DNA of 64,000 nucleotides from Tubulanus polymorphus (Eukaryota; Animalia; Nemertea): NCBI RefSeq assembly GCF_964204645.1, contig NC_134033.1, positions 14,826,655 to 14,890,654 on the forward strand, in the 5' to 3' direction. The notes below the pieces were generated by a model. It made no database searches. It was not told the origin of the DNA and worked only from the letters and a program-made list of their open reading frames with translations. Made by a program: the position numbers and the translations under genes. Below are positions 25,324 through 38,820 of this stretch, piece after piece. The first letter of the stretch is position 1, and each line of letters opens with the position of its first letter.

Positions 25324-25440
25324 ACAGGACCCAGTTCCACAGTTCTGTGTTAAGATTTGACTCCGAGTTAAGATTTGAAAATGCACTAATCTTAACTCAG
25401 AGTCAACTCTAACTCACAACCTGTGGAACTGGATCCTGTA
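25324..25440. mobile_element. Palindromic MITE-like element; tandem derivatives at about 34200-34482 and end fragment near 10427
   Basis: tacaggacccagttccacag...ctgtggaactggatcctgta terminal inverted repeat with inner ttaagatt/aatcttaa arms. Confidence 0.7.
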
Positions 25441-27846
25441 GGGGTATGTACAACCCTAAGAAATCGTTTATGTTAAGCAGTACCGAAGAAGTTGCAATTA
25501 TAACAATTAAGGTTAAACGATGGATGTTATCGAAAGGCGGAGGTGAGGAAGGATATGTGAGTTTAAGTATTTTCAATTTAAACTATGCCAGCACACGATA
25601 GGGTTTTTCACGGTGGCAATTTACATACACCCGAACAACGCGCTCGAGCAAATTTACTGGATCAGCATGACGTCACACATAGATAGACATTTTCTTTGAT
25701 CTTAAAATAGGGATTGTCGCCGTTCATTTATTTGATTGGTAGATTTCGTTTTATTTTTTTTCTTTTCATTTGGTCTACCTTAATAACCTTGTGAGTTAGA
25801 GTTGACTCTTAATACCTTAATAACCCTCCACCTGCCAGGATCGAAACAGGGGTTTTCATTTCGAAATCGGAAATCGAAGCACAGACAATATACGAAGTTG
25901 CGTGATCGGCAGTCGAATTTACAGAATTTTTTTCTGTTTAAATCGAAGTACACAATTGGGAAAATCGGTTCATTCAAACAATATTTTAACCAGCCTGAAC
26001 CAGCAAGCGACCGATCGGGGTTAATTCAGTTGGCTGCCCTACTTGGATGGTGCTACCATATTGTTGTGATATTGGTAATATGCTAACTCGGAGATTTCAA
26101 CTGATCAATTTCAAATTCAGAGTTCAATTCCACTGATTCCAATCGTTCAAATATACATTCTATTTTGAATTTAAGAATATTCATGAACGTGTAGTAAACG
26201 CATTTTAAACGTATTCGTATTTTGAGAAAATCGGGTCAACCAGTATAGCAGGCGAACGCCAGCCCTGGCAAGCGGATATCAACCGGGCAGAATTTATGAC
26301 AAACAATTACAGAAATCTGATTGGATGTTTAATAAAAGTGCCGTCGATAGTAACAAATATAGTGCGTAAATCTCGCGGGAGAGAATTCCAGTCACGAGAA
26401 TATAACGAGATTTCACCGAGAGATTTCGTCATCCGACATAATTTCATTCTTTTTTTTTAATTTTCTATGGAATAATCGTTCGCCGGTGTCGCTTTCTTTA
26501 CGCCCCGAATCTGACGACGACATGGGCGTCAACGGCGCCGGTAACCCAGACAATAGAGCTCGCCGGTTTGATCGTAGATGCCGCTGGAACTGAGAGAGAG
26601 GGGAGGACGCGGAATAAACGAACGGTAAATTCTCCAGCGAGATAATCTCAGTCAATTAACCGATCACTTCACATTCATCACTAGTCGTTATTATTCATCC
26701 CGCCGAGATGTGATCAACTAAAAACATTTCCATTCGGACTGTTAACTGTTCCCCGCGCGACGTAATCATACGCGAATCCGGCGCCGACTGCGGCGACACT
26801 GATTGCCCAATTCGCTGATAACTTCACCTCTGATTTCGTATTCAGATTTCAGTTTTATATATAAGCGTTAATGTCCTTGTGGGATTTCGTCGGCTTCGGG
26901 GGATAGGGGTAAATACCTAGGAACCTGTCATCGATAACGACTCGTCGGCAGTCTCATCACAGCTAACCACCTACACTACTTTCACTGCGTATTAATTTGT
27001 ATTTACTCGCTCGATATCTCCGGGGAAATTACTGTCTATAAATGATTTTAGGGTAAATAGAAAAGCTGAATATTTATGTCGAAAATATTTCTAGAAATGA
27101 AGCTTCGAAAATAGAAATTTCAGAATTCAGAATCAGGCTTCGGTATTTCGTAGCGAAGCGTGTGCTCCGCGAAGCGGTTATACAAGTCGTGTCCGGTAAT
27201 GAAATGTTGTATCGCTGGCCAGTTGTTCAATCTAAGATGTTTTTGGTACAAAATGCTTTGCAAAACTAGGATTTAGGAGAACACCCCCAACCCAGAAAGA
27301 GGTGCACCCCAAAAGTAGGGCGCATCGTATATTTAAAAGGGCACCCCGAGAAAAGCTAATCGGAAAAGAGCTCGAAATACAGAGAACAAGGTTATGAATT
27401 TGAACTTTTTTAGGTATCAGCTTGATATTTGTTATTTTCCCGTGACATTTCGCGGTAGATCGATATTTCTAGGAGGAGATGCGTAGGCCTACCCTTGCAC
27501 TCTCCCCTTGGAATCCAACATTGGGATCCATCCTCGCGATAACGATCGCCGGGATAGCGACATTTATCAACGGGATAGTCTTATCATGACGGGGCTGACA
27601 CGCCGCAGCCTGGTAGTGTATAGGGCGTAATACGGGGTTGTAGAATTTAATCGCAAGCAAGTGTTAAAATCTGATGTGCATGCGAATTAGTGTGAGTCGC
27701 TACAGCCTGTCAGTATCGAGTATCTTTCGAGTACCATCGACAGCCTCTTCTCGTGTCCATCCCATTCCACCAAAATATGTCGGTTAGATCGAATGAGACC
27801 TTTCGTTGCTCTCAATTATGATTGTATTTTTCAGGTTTCAACGATC

Positions 27847-28404
27847 ATGTCGTCGTGCAAGCGTTTACTCGGAGTATTTCTAGTGATTGTAATCAGTGTG
27901 TCGGGCATCGGCGGTCATCAACTCAGAAAGAAACAATCGTCGTATTTCAACGGAATATCCGAAATCAAATCCAGGAAAATCATCGACAAACTTCGCGAAC
28001 TTATGGCTAATAACGAGTTAGCGCGTCATCGAGAAGCGACGCCTGTCGACTCGATTAGCAACGATAAAACTGACCTTCCCGATCTCAAGGTCATCGGTTC
28101 GGAAACCGCCGAGAAACGGGAACCGAAATTTAACCCGTCTGGATGGCGCCGCAAGAGGTCGCTAGGAGACTATAGCGCCGGGTTGAGTAGATCCGCTAGT
28201 CTATACGATTTACGGCGATTAATAGAAAATCTGAGGAAGAAGTTTAATGTAGAGAGGAGAGGAGAACCGAATTTCACAGCTTCCGGTTGGAGGAGAAAAC
28301 GTAGCCTAGCAACCGGATTCATGGCGCTTAAAGGTCATATTCGCCACCAGAGGGAGTTACTGGCGAAACGGGCTAAACCTAAATTCAGAGGTTCGGGTTG
28401 GTAA
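27847..28404 (+). CDS. Neuropeptide/peptide-hormone precursor with three related PxFxxSGW peptides
   Basis: Signal peptide MSSCKRLLGVFLVIVISVSGIGG; KR-EPKFNPSGW-RRKR, RR-GEPNFTASGW-RRKR, KR-AKPKFRGSGW-stop; acceptor tttcag at 27834 before ATG; AATAAA at 28514. Confidence 0.88.
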   Translation: MSSCKRLLGVFLVIVISVSGIGGHQLRKKQSSYFNGISEIKSRKIIDKLRELMANNELARHREATPVDSISNDKTDLPDLKVIGSETAEKREPKFNPSGWRRKRSLGDYSAGLSRSASLYDLRRLIENLRKKFNVERRGEPNFTASGWRRKRSLATGFMALKGHIRHQRELLAKRAKPKFRGSGW

Positions 28405-29553
28405 ACTGTGTGTCAGAACTTATAAAAAAAAACATCGAAAAAATTGTATTTCGACTGGATGATTAAACAAGGTCAATCGCAATTTGTCAATTTATACTCG
28501 ATATTTTTGTAGGAATAAAATAAGATATGCGTCGATCTGACATCCTCAAACACGTGTGTGTCCTATTCACTCATCATTTACAGATGGAGTATATGTATTT
28601 GGGAGGGAGGTGAATAGATATCTTCGTGGTTTAATGAGAGAGGGTTTAAAAAGTTAGGGGCATGGGGAAGGGAGGTTAAATAGAGGTGTGGAATAGGCCT
28701 ACTAAAAAAGGATGAATTTGTGTGGTGTTTAAATGAGAAAGATGGAGAATAGTAAGAATGGAAGATGGAGGATCTTATTGAAGGTACATAGGAGGTGTGA
28801 AGAGGGCGCAAAATGAGTTGGAGAAGGGGAGAGAATGAGAGATAAAGGACCATGTAGGGATGTGAACGTTAAATATCGATTATTTGTAGTTGCTGGTGAC
28901 GTCACATATAACAGGGGAGAAGATAGAGAGAGATGGAGCCGAACAGACGAGTGATTACCACAGCTGATAAACCGTACATGATAATCCGTTTATATCGACA
29001 TCGAAACTGTCGTGTCAACACAAAACATCCCCAGCTACCAAACGTCTCGCTAGCTCGCGTCTCTGTGTGTGAGCGTGTGCCTCAGAAAACTGCATTTCTT
29101 CACTCGAACTCCAGCCCGTTGCATTAACCAACACCCCAACACCCCCGCCCTCGAAACTTCCTTTCAATGTCAGTCAATACACTCTAGTTCAATCTCCTGT
29201 GCAACTGACATCCCCTAAAGTCGTCCTCCCAGCCAACCAGTCCCTGCAACGTTAGTCCTTTTCTTCAGGAGGGCTCCTCTCTAAGGGAACCCGTTCTGGA
29301 CAGCAGCTGCCGCAGTCCTCCCTCCGACAACAGCGATGTCCTCAGTCGTCGGTGCAACAGAATTCTCCATTCAGCACATGAAAAGCATTAAGTTTGTTGA
29401 TATATGTATCTTTATTCAAGAATAACATTTTATGAAATTCTAATAGCCTGTTCAGTATGTCTGTTATACAGGACATTTACTTATGGAATCGATGTGAAAT
29501 CATAATTGTTTCAATATGTAAGAACATTTCTTACTTGAAATCATTTTGATATT

Positions 29554-32500
29554 TCAATCTCTGTACTTAAATTCTGCCATTGCATTCGTCGTTTCAACAG
29601 TGACTACAAAATAAAAACGCATTACGAAGCGCTGAATTGAAAAACACACACATGTTATTCATTCATGCAAATATCATTAACTTACATTGCGGATGTATTT
29701 TGTTGTAGCGTGCTGCCGTCTGGTGTAATTGACTGGAACGATTAGTGTCGTTTCTTCCAATTATTTCATCTGCGGTTAGATTTTCGTTGCGAACGAGGAA
29801 ATAAGTTTCTACAGGTCCAATCGATCGCAGGTTGGTTTTACCTCGCGATTCTACAGTAAAACCTCGTTTATGCACCTCTCTGTAAATATGCAAAGCATAG
29901 TACAACGAGTAGCTGGGAGTATTCCACTTGTGGCAAGCGAGGATCCTCTAGGTGCGCTGATAGTCACTCGGATGTCCCCGCGTCAATCGACGAAAGCCAT
30001 ACCGAACAGTAGAACAAGTCAATCATCAAGGGTTTGATTTCTTGGGCGGATGGGTTTCCGCTAAGCGGCCACCAGTCTTTTAACAAGCCAATCAGATGGG
30101 TTGCGTTGTTTCTGTGGCAGACTGGTGGCCGCTTAACGGCAACCTGTCTTGGTCATCTTGGTCAATGATATAGACCAATGAAGGGTTTGCGGCCAGGGTT
30201 TGTGTTGTCATGCTCTAAGGCGGGAGGCAATCAAACCCTGCAAGCGAGGCCATGAGCCAAATGCTTTAACCATTAGGCCCTCGGGTCTGGTTGATAATCA
30301 CGCCATCTAGTGGCTGATGTTGTAAGTCATTCACGTCGACTTACTTGTAAGTATTGTGACTTATATGAATACGGTTTTTCTGCCCGTGGCTTTCCATTTG
30401 TGACGTCACAGTTACCGTTTTACCAAACACGTTATAACGTGGTATTTTACAGCCGACAACGCCACCTATAACATCTCCCGAATGTATACCGATACGAATC
30501 TACGCAAAAACGAAAATTATTCATTTGTGAAAATTTCTTTGATTGAACAGTGCACAGATCTGTGTGACTAACCGGTAAACCTTCACTGGTAACGGGTGAT
30601 GTGACTTCATTCGCTAATTTCATCATTCCCAGAGCGACGTTACAAACTCTTTCTGCGTGACTTTTAACTGGGTCGGGAATTCCGCTAGCTACCAAATAAG
30701 CGTCCCCTATCGACTCAACCTGAAATCGTTTAAATTTTAAGTCACCGATAGATATTCGGGTTCAAAAATCATTGCAATATTACAGATTCATACAATACAC
30801 AGCGTCACCTAGCGATAACAGTTGATAACTATTAATAGTAGCGTAAGAAAGCGCCACCTAGCGGTACGTGATAAAACTGCTTGTTAATAAGTAACACTGA
30901 CCAACGACACCCCTCCTCCTGAAGGTCGACACTGATATCGCTCTAAAAGCAGTTTTGAACACAATTGAGCACCCCAAAGTGCCAGAAGACATGAAATTGG
31001 TCCCCTTGGAATATCACGAACCAATCCCCCTTTCCAGACATCGCTGGCTGTATGCCTGGAATGGATTTCAGTTCCGTAAGAACAAAGAGTCGACATATAC
31101 GTAAGCTAAAGTGTACAAGTCCGTGGTTAGACAGATAATCTTACAACTCACAGCAGTTACATCACGAGCCGCGTAAATCCGGTTGTTCGACTTACCCTGA
31201 ACACGCCATGAATATTACATAAGCTATCAAACTGACTGTTTAAAATGTTAATCAAATCAATAATAAGTGAAGGATCGACGCGTTCGCACATTTGAGTAAA
31301 CATCACGAAATCACAGAATAACAATGTCACATTCTTATATAAACCTACAATGAATAAAAAAAGAATCATGCTTTTTTCCAATCGAAATTACGCAATATCG
31401 TTTTTCTTAATTCTCTTTTGATCTTAACCCGCTTCGTGCGACGCGCCATCTTTTAGCCGCAAGGCAGCACTATCGGGTAACAATGAGTACATGACGTCCT
31501 CAGTTTTACGTCGTTGCTCTCGCAGCGCTCGTTGTTGGTGTTTGACGATGAATCGCAATTTGTCCAAATCGTTTTCGGTATCAAAATCAATCTGAAATTG
31601 GGACAAGATTATCGAGGAAATAAGATGGATTTACCAAGTAAAATGGGCCAGTTAGATGAAATAGTAGGGTGTTTGTGAAACTAAACCCATATATACAAAT
31701 CTTAACGGTTAAGTGCGAAATTTTGGAATTTATAAGTTCTTACGTCATTGATATCTATATCTTTGAAATCATAATCTGTTCCGAAATCCGTTTCTCCTTT
31801 TTCAGCGTTTTTATTTTTGTCAAAGATTTCTAGAGCAGCAGATCGTGTGACGTCATCATCGCCATTCGCCGAAACGCTTAGAAAAGTCATTGACATGGTA
31901 TTAGTATATGATGCAATGTAAAAACGTTTGAATAGATTTATTGATCATAGATTCAAATTGTACCCGTTTGTCAGTAACATACGCCTAGTGACGTCATGCA
32001 TGGAAATATCGGACATGCGCATTCCTCGATTTTCAAGGTCATTTAAACTGTCTATTTTCGGGGAACCGAGGAACAACATGCAACTGTTGTCTTCCATCCA
32101 AATCATTTCTCCTGAAATTTGAATGAATATATCAGACCTAGTCTAATGGTAGAGGAGGCGCATTGAGCCTCCCTAAAAAATCCACTAATACAGCAACGAC
32201 ACTTCTACTTCACCTCCTAGCTATCAATGTTTTATCAACGACGTTGTTGGTAAAAATCGGCAACAAAAAACTGGAGAAAAAATTGTCACCGCAGGTGCAA
32301 AAGAAAAATATTACTCAGGGTGGCTCCATGTGAACGGTCGGCTCCATGTATCCCAGTCTCCCCTACGTGTGTACAGAAAGAATTTAGCTTAAGAATTTAT
32401 CTCTTACCGTGTATCACCAATAGAGGGCGTGTTGTAACGGCTCGCTTGAATCTATTGTGTAATTTTGATTTGAAATCTGATTCGGCTAAAAAAAGACAAT

Positions 32501-35295
32501 TACATGCATTATAGATAGATAATGACCCCTTGGAAAGATGTAGAGTGTTTAGGGTTGTTAAGCTTATGCGGCTTATGCTGTGGAAGGCGATGTTCGAAAA
32601 CAGGCTTGGAAAAAAATGTCAAGAATTTATAGATTTAGGTAGTCATGCGGCTGCCAGTGTCAGACTCGGCGGTTGCTTACCACTCATCGTTTCTAAATGA
32701 GTTATTTCTGTCGCGTATCTTTCGTGCACGTGATTCCTCCTAGCGGTCAGCGTGAACGGGGAACATATGAATTTCCGTATGGTTTCTATCGTAAATTCCA
32801 AACACCTCGGATACGTTATCTCAAACGCATCGGACACCTTTAATAATAGATATCCAGAGTCAAGTAATTTAACGTAATTGGGATACCGGCATCGCTACAG
32901 TGGCAAGCGAGGATTCATCGATCATCCACCAGGATCGCTAGTGGCACTGGGTTACCGAGCTATGATTTCCATCTACATTTTAATCAAATTCGAATCAACT
33001 TTTCTCATAAGAAAGAGAGTCAATTTTCAGAAAAATCGATACCATAAACTGAGAGTGAGAAAATGAATCTTTTATCCGATGACTAGTTTGATAATTTTCG
33101 GATTTGGAAGCCTAAAAATCGTGTTCAGATTTCATCGAAAATGAACTGATTTTCACTACGAATAACCCAGTGTTTTGTCGCGCCATCTGGTGCGTGTCGG
33201 TATACCATTAGATTGATTACGATTTCAAGAATAGTCGAATACCTTTGAAAGAGGTTTAGTCGTTTTAGGCATCAGTTTTTGTATCTGAAATCCGACTTGT
33301 TTCAACGACAAATCGACGTCGAATACCACGTGATAAGGAAAAGCGTTTACGAACGTTTTCGGATCAATTTGAATCCGTTCTGGAAAAGTCGGCGAAAATC
33401 CGCGAAACAACTTATGAATTCTGAACAACATTTTCCATTTGGATTTCGTAGATTTCGCTTTCGAGAGCGGGAGATATTCTTCACCCAAACTGCGCCTAAT
33501 CTCTTCGATTCTCCGTCGCACTAGCTCTAAATCCTACCAGACAAACATGAGATCGAAAAATTGAAAATGAAAACTCGAAATCAAGTAAAACAGCTGGTCT
33601 AATTCGAACATATCGCAGCTGGTGTATGTTTTAAGTTTTGAAAATTAGAAATTTTGAGTTCGATGAAATAAAAACGAAAGAATCGATTGCTTCTAAAAAT
33701 GAAAAATCTAAGATAGCAACAATATTGTTAAAAACGTAAATTAGTGAAAGTTAATCAAAATAGTTATGATTGATAAAACTTCAAATCAAATGATAGTAGA
33801 TCGAAGAACGTAGTAATAATTCGTAAAAATATGAATTATTTTATATCAAAACAGTAATAATCGATAAAGATTTACGTGAAATTTAGTAAGTTTATTTAGT
33901 CGAAATAAAATGTAGATGCATTACGATAGTTAGTATGTTTACCCTTTTATTGATCTGATGTTCTGCGTGTTTTTTCGTCTGCGCGACAAATGTTGGAATA
34001 TCTTCTGATTCATCGATTTTATAGTTAGTATCTAGTGTAAATACGGTGTGCTGTTTTTTATTCTGACGTCCGACTGTTTCCACATCGATCGACACGACTT
34101 TCGTATCGATTCGTTTATCGAAGTAAATATACGCGATTTCGCACAAAAATCCTACAATATTCAAAAAGAAATATCTATATATATAGAAAACGTATTCTTA
34201 ACTCACGAATTCAATCTAATTCACAACTGTGGGACTGGATGTTGAGGTCTGAGTTGACTCTAGCTCAAAACTATGGAACTGGATCCTGAGTTCAGAGATA
34301 GCTCAACTCACTGTGAAGCTGGATCCTGAGTTCAGATCAAATTCTAAGTCACAACTGTGGAACTGGATCCTGAGTACAGAGATAGCTCAACTCACTGTGA
34401 AGCTGGATCCTGAGTTCAGAGCAAATTCTAACTCACAACTGTGGAACTGGGTCCTGAGTACAGGGATAACCCTCAACTGTGGAATGAGAGGTCAGCAAAA
34501 ATCAATAGACTTACCTTTAACGAATGACTGGAAACCATGCAGGTGTGAGTAGAAATGTAGGATGATATTTTCCGGACTCGAATTCGGATCAGGTCTGTAT
34601 GATGGAGGGTCGCCGTTAGGAAATTCATTACTGAAATAACTGCCGTGCAAATAATCTAGATTCTCGATAAATTTCAGTAGATTATTTCCTAAAGTTCTCA
34701 GCACTTCGTCGTGTCCACTTTTACGCAGAAAATGTAGGAAAAAACTTCCGAATTGTTCCAGTACTTTTTCTTTATCGAGAAACGCTGAAAACAAAAAGAA
34801 AACCCTTCCTTATCCCTGAATCCCACTAAACAACCTCTCAGGGGCATTGCGGTTCGCGGGTTCATGACGAGGAGAGCGTAGGAAAGAACCCAGAAACTTT
34901 GACCCCACCGGGATTCGAACCAACGAACCCTTGACTGACTCTTACCTGATTCTAGAACAATTGCATCTAGTAATTTCTGTAAGGTGTTCTCATTGTATTC
35001 ACCGGTTCTAAAAACCGATTCCGGTATTTTGCTTTTAGTTCTAGAATAAACGAACATAGTATGATTATACCACATAAATTGTAAGGAATTATCTGATCCT
35101 TTTTAAACAGTTTTGTTTTCGAGACGTAAACTTACAGGATGTTTTTCCAAACTTTTTGTCCATGTTGTTGAATAACGAAATTTCGAATGGCAGCTGGGAA
35201 ACAGGCGTACTGAAAAATTAAAACATACATACTATTATTCGTAATGAAATAATCCAGATTTTCTAAAAATCGGGATTTTAGATTTTACTAACCAT
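29554..35295 (-). CDS. Divergent soluble guanylyl cyclase (H-NOX, PAS/H-NOBA, coiled coil, cyclase); exons 35295-35293, 35209-35136, 35040-34946, 34784-34515, 34151-33943, 33533-33243, 32837-32681, 32485-32408, 32111-31964, 31876-31744, 31591-31429, 31344-31196, 30719-30573, 30499-30345, 29879-29686, 29603-29554
   Basis: ATG-only first exon; FGxFF, LRTLGNNLLKFIENLDYLH, PSYR; AFPYHVVFD; GEMIWM..LFLGSPK..DISMHDVTR; VTLLFCDF, VESIGDAYLV, IRIGIHSG, PRY, RIHIS, VETYFL. Confidence 0.9.
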
Positions 35296-37550
35296 GTTTT
35301 CAGATTAGTGACTGAATAACCGAATGATTTCAGAATGTCATTTTCTGAGGGGGCCGTTTCAAAGAACGACCGATTGTTTCATTAGGCACGAGAACGCTTC
35401 ATACAACGTTAAATCATTCTCTGTAACGGGCCCTAATTTTGTGAACGAATGGCATTCCTGCTCCACTGCTAAGCGCGCCTGGTAACCCGGGCTCTATCGT
35501 ATTCGAATAGTCAAAAACGAATCAAGCGAAAATTCGATTATCAGCGATTCAAAACAGATCATTGTTTGAATTGCGCCGAACTTTAAACAATTTCGAAAAA
35601 TAGCAGTCTATGAATAGCATCTTGATGTGTTTCATGTATTTTGTTGTCACTGTTTTCCAAGCCTGTTTTGTTGACTATGATATAGTAGAAACGTCAATAA
35701 TTCGATATGAAGAAAACGTGGGATTTTCTATATCAGGAAACAGTCGTACAGTCGTTTCTTTCTAATATCTTGAAGCACGAGCACTTTGCTAAGTAATCAG
35801 ATATTCCCGTGGGCTTTTATCGAAAAATATGTCATTCGTTATTCTACTTAATGACAAAAAGAAGATTTGATAAAATTTCATGCAAGTAAGGTAAAACGAT
35901 GCCTGGCTGGATACGTACGTATTTTGTCACCGAGACCTACGGTAAAGGAATTCGGTTAACAAACGATTTCAGAAATTTATAGTTGTGCACTTTACTTTAC
36001 TTCATTTCTGATCGAATAGAAGTTAGATAATCCTCCTCGATAATGGTATGATAATGATTTATCGCTCAAAAGCACTTTACATCATAAAATCTAAAAAATC
36101 ACAAACATCATCTTATAAAAAATACAGATTGTATTTCAATAACTAAAAGCTATATATAATGTCACCAAAAAAAACTTGAAACACCATATCAATATACATA
36201 TCTAGTATTAATGATTCTCAGTATATCAAACGGAACGCAATGTCCATAAATCGTGTATATTCATTTTTGTTGAGAAACGAATTATTACAACGCCTGGTGA
36301 CAATGTTGATGACAGGAACGAGGAGAAACTGTACAATGACCGTTGCCACATCTGTGCTCACATATCGTATGTTTGAAGTAAGACGATAAATCTGAAACAG
36401 TAGGACAGTGGGTAGGTTTCGATTGAACGTATATTCCGGTTTAGGAATATAATTTTTGCGTATTAAAAACTCGAATTAAAACTAATCAGGTTTACAGATA
36501 ATGCTTTATACAGAGTATGGACGAAACGAACGCGCGAGATGAGAATTCTGCAATATCGAAACCGATCGAAACCTGCTCGAATGAAAGTCGATTTTTTCAG
36601 ACGCAAATTCATGAACTAACTGTCCGTAATCCAGCGAAGCACGTGACTTACTTCGGCCAGGTGTTCGCGCAGACGGCACTACGCGCGAACGTGTGCGCGC
36701 GCACTCACGCGTCGTTTACCATCTCAGAAAATTCAACATTAGGTTTCCATGACAACTGCGTCCAAATCCGGGAATCGCAGGAAAAACTCGGTAATTCCTA
36801 CAAACGTGTCTTGCGTCGGTTGACGGTTAGTCGCAGATATATAGCTCCAGCTACGACTGTCTCACTGCGCGCGTATCAGGTGCGGACTTAACGTATTCCA
36901 CATTCATATATAGATGAAACGAGGTAACATAATTTTTTTCATATCGTCGCGTGAACTGTCACGTTTTTTTTTCTGCCAATTTAAGATTATATTTATTTTC
37001 TAAATATTCAAACAATCGTTTAAAGGCGTGGGAACGGTATCGTAATAGGTATTGATTTATTTGAGAAAAAATCTTTTTTCTCTAATCGGCTCGAGTAAAA
37101 GAGGACTTTTGGTAATCCTTCAATAAGATACGGTATAAGAACGACCATGCTTTTTACAGACCGCACAGTTTTCCTGGTCAGCTTAACGCCTATTCGAGGC
37201 GTGTAGCCTTCTCCAAAAATCAAGCGGAATAACCCCCAAAAACGGGGCAGATGATTAGAAAAAACAGGCTTGGTTAGCTAAACTTCCATTGAGATATATG
37301 TATTGGGATTTTATGTGGGATTTTATGGGGCTGAATAATCATGTATGCATGTTATGCAGTGTATGTATGTAGTGTTTGGGGATGTCTGTGTATCCAGGCC
37401 AGCAGCCAGGGTTATCCGAGGCCATTTCCTTTAAACAGACAAAATGCAAATTCGTCCAATAAAAAAGCATCTTCTGGGGGAACAATAGCAGCGTTGAAAA
37501 ATTTCTTTTTAAAGATCATCGCACACTAAGCATAACCAGAAAATGAAAGT

Positions 37551-37622
37551 GGTCCTACCGGGATTGGAACTCGGCACCTTCTGCATTCTAAACGTGGGTA
37601 ATAACCGCTAGACTACAGAACT
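37551..37622 (-). mobile_element. tRNA-like sequence (SINE head or tRNA pseudogene)
   Basis: Minus strand gttctgtagtctagcggttattaccc...gccgagttccaatcccggtaggacc has A-box and B-box-like motifs but imperfect cloverleaf stems. Confidence 0.55.
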
Positions 37623-38429
37623 GCAGTTTCCTTGTCAGTAAGCTTTTCTGGTCACTGAAAGGACTATAGGTGCGCGGCGACCAGTCACGTGTAGCGACTG
37701 GTGGTCGAAAAATGCACTATTCACGCTAAGACTAGGGTGAAGATATTGCGTCGAACTTTCCACGGTGATAAGGACAATAAAGGCAGGGAGATTAGAATAG
37801 AAGATTCGAATGTTGTTTCCATTTTTGAAATTTCTTATTCATTTACCAAACTTTAGATAAGTAAATGATCACATTTTAATGAAGTCCGTATGTAGGCGCC
37901 TGTGTGCGCGATTCGATCCTATGCATGTGTATTACACAATTATTTGCGGGTTACAAATAAATGATGGACGCTTAATCGATTTCATCAGATTTAATCAGAG
38001 ATTGATACTGACAGTTACTCATCTTTCATGTAATAACTATCGCGTCTTATAGAAATCTCGATCAGAAAATTACAAAAACAACAAAATTAAATATCGATTT
38101 GTACTTGTGCAGATACGTGTAGATCAAGAATTACCATAGGACTATATATGGTGTGTTCGAGGCAGATTCCAGACCCTCTCCAAGTGCTGTTACTCCGGCT
38201 TTGTCTATAGCCTCGTCTCATGATCCTGTTCCCGCTAAGCTAACTGAATAGCTACATCCAACTCCCCTCTCCCCTCCCACCTTATTCAGCTCCTACAGCT
38301 CCATGTTAATTCCCTCCAAGTTCACTCACTTCATTCGATTCCACTTAATCCCTCTCCTTGCTGCGCCTCCAGCTCTGATTCCCTGTAAGCTCGCTATAGA
38401 GTTTCTTCTAGCTACATCCAATTCCGTCC

Positions 38430-38820
38430 ATCTCCCTTCAGCTACAACTCGCTACAACTCACATCTCCTTCCTGCTCCATACAACTCAGTGACAGCTCCT
38501 TGATGCCCCATAAAACTCACAGCTCCTTTCTGCACCATACAACTCACTTACAACTCCCTCCTGCTCTATACAACTCACTCACATCTCCTTCCTGCTTCAT
38601 AAAATTCACAACTCCTTTCTGCTCCAGTCAACTCACTTACAACTCCTTCATGCACCATACAACTCACTCACATCTCCTTCCTGCTTCAAACAACTCACAA
38701 CTCCTTTCTGCTCCAGACAACTCATTTACAACTCCCTCCTGCTCCATAAAACTTACAGCTCCTTTCTGCACCATACAACTCACAGCTCCCTCCTACTCCA
38801 TCCCGCTGACTTCAGCTCAC
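38430..38820. repeat. Degenerate C-rich minisatellite (caactcac..ctccttcctgctccata)
   Basis: About 25-29 bp units repeated roughly 13 times. Confidence 0.85.

Noticed and set aside
28120-28401. Assignment of the peptides to AKH/corazonin/GnRH or APGWamide families; weak ELH/DH44 likeness of the spacer ENLRKKF
   Set aside because: No amidation Gly, peptide not directly after the signal peptide, different Phe-Trp spacing; spacer similarity too short to support.
28578-28853. Minus-strand ORF with faint LINE ORF2 C-terminal likeness (SSFFSRPIP..SLP); similar purine-rich tracts near 8940-9350 and 63760-63880
   Set aside because: Too degraded to call without a repeat library search.
37551-37622. 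Functional tRNA gene
   Set aside because: Acceptor and anticodon stems do not pair properly and the T-loop is altered; kept only as SINE-like.
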